From Octopus sinensis (lineage: Eukaryota): 64,000 bases of DNA. The first letter of the stretch is position 1. The number at the start of each line of letters is the position of its first letter. The position numbers and the translations under genes are program-made. This document shows positions 62,470 through 64,000 of the stretch, one piece after another. The notes beneath the pieces were generated by a model, which was not told the DNA's origin, did no database searches, and saw only the letters and a list, made by a program, of their open reading frames with translations. Location of the stretch: contig NC_043003.1 in the NCBI RefSeq assembly GCF_006345805.1, positions 1,178,001-1,242,000 on the forward strand, written 5' to 3'.

Positions 62470-63100
62470 AAGGCGGCGAGCTGGCGGAAACGTTAGCACG
62501 CCGGGCGAAATGCGTAGCCGTATTTCGTTTGCTGTTACGTTCTGAGTTCAAATTCCACCAAGGTCGACTTTGCCTGTCATCCTTTCGGAGTCGATTAAAT
62601 AAGTACCAGTTACGCACTGAGGTCGATATAATCGACTTAATCCGTTTGTCTGTCCTTGTTTGTCCTCTCTGTGTTTAGGTCTTGTGGGTAGTAAAGAAAT
62701 TGGTATTCCGTCTGCCGCTACGTTCTGAGTTCAAATTCCGCCGAGGTCGACTTTGCTTTTCATCCTTTCGGGGTCGACAAATTACGTACCAGTTGCGTAC
62801 TGGGGTCGATCTAATTGACTGATCCCCTCCCCACAAAATTTCAGGCCTTGTGCCTAGAGTAGAAAAGAATATTTGCAGTTGTAAAGCAGTGAGCTGGCAG
62901 AAACGTTAGCACGCCGGGTGAAATGCTGAGCGGTATTTCGTCTGTCTTTACGTTCTGAGTTCAAATTCCGCCGAGGTCGACTTTGCCTTTCATTCTTTCG
63001 AGGCTGATACATTAAGTACCAGTTGTGTACTGAGGTTGATCTAATCGACTGGCCCCCTCCCCACAGAATTTCAGGCCTTGTGCCTAGAGTAGGAAAGATT
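62470..63100 (+). mobile_element. Three tandem family B SINE units
   Basis: Units start at ~62470, ~62702 (head-less) and ~62884. TCCTATCAAC occurs on both flanks (62460 and 63104), consistent with a target-site duplication. Confidence 0.85.
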
Positions 63101-63526
63101 ATGTCCTATCAACCTACGCTCACTTATTTCCCAGTGTTATGCAATAATCTTTCTCTGTTATTAACTTCTTTGCGTTGAATTAATGTTTATAATTATTAAC
63201 ATACTTATTAATTTAGCCGGCGTTATTGCTAATTTATTTGTAAAATTGTTTCTTTGATATAATTTTAAAATTATTGTTGTTGTTCTCATTTATTTGTCCA
63301 TTTATAAATATTTATAAATACAGAGTGATTATACCTAATTTGATTTTTTTAATTATTTCCGTAATTTTCTCTGCAATAAGATGATATTTTTTTATTTATC
63401 ATCTTAAAAACTCAGAGCTTTCCAATAATTTTCTCATAACAATAATAGAATCAGCGCTTATCCAATTTGTGTACCTACCTACATACATACATACAACATA
63501 CATACATACATACATACATACATACA

Positions 63527-63581
<55 letters not shown>

Positions 63582-63584
63582 CGA

Positions 63585-63955
63585 GGCACACCGCCAGTTA
63601 TGACGACGAGGGTTCCAGTTGATCCGATCAACGGAACAGCCTGCTCGGGAAATTAATGTGCAAGTGGTTGAGCACTCCACAGACACGTGTACCCTTAACG
63701 TAGTTCTCAAGGAGATTCAGCGTGACACAGAGTGTGACAAGACTGGCCCTTTGAAATATAGGTACAACAGGAAAAGGAAGAAAGAGTGAAAGTTGTGCTG
63801 AAAGAGTACAGCAGGGCTCTCCACCCCCACCCCCACCCCTGCCGGTGTCACGTGGAGCTTTTAGGTGTTTTCGCTCAATAAACACTCACAACGCCCGGTC
63901 TGGGAATCGAAACTACGATCCTATGACCGTGAGTCCGCTGCCCTAACCACTGGAC
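63585..63955 (-). mobile_element. tRNA-derived SINE (family C)
   Basis: Matches 28350-28680. Confidence 0.8.
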
Positions 63956-64000
63956 GATTACTCTTCCCATGTACGTACATGCATACCTATCTGTGTGTGT

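Overview
Eukaryotic, AT-rich, repeat-dominated DNA with no host protein-coding exon I can support. The dense (TA)n/(CA)n/(GATA)n/(TACA)n microsatellites and tRNA-derived SINE families look like an octopus or other coleoid cephalopod genome (inference from pattern recognition, not a search). Nearly all ORF-track entries are microsatellite or SINE artefacts. The real coding remnants are all transposon-derived: a frameshifted L1/Tx1 LINE (10907-14008), three different Penelope-like element (PLE) remnants (Poseidon-, Hydra- and Naiad/Neptune-type), an RTE 3' end and Tc1/mariner pieces. There are also hAT, Tigger and Helentron-type non-autonomous elements. The most interesting signal is non-coding: about a dozen hammerhead-ribozyme (HHR) motifs read by eye in short PLE-like modules next to (TA)n arrays. 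They include (i) an intact type I HHR in a ~489-nt retrozyme-like unit whose 5' boundary matches the predicted cleavage site, (ii) fold-back elements with an HHR on each arm, (iii) a tRNA-head plus HHR SINE-like element, (iv) a type II-like HHR and (v) a repeated module with the HHR core strands in non-canonical order. All structures were paired by hand and none has been computed or tested.
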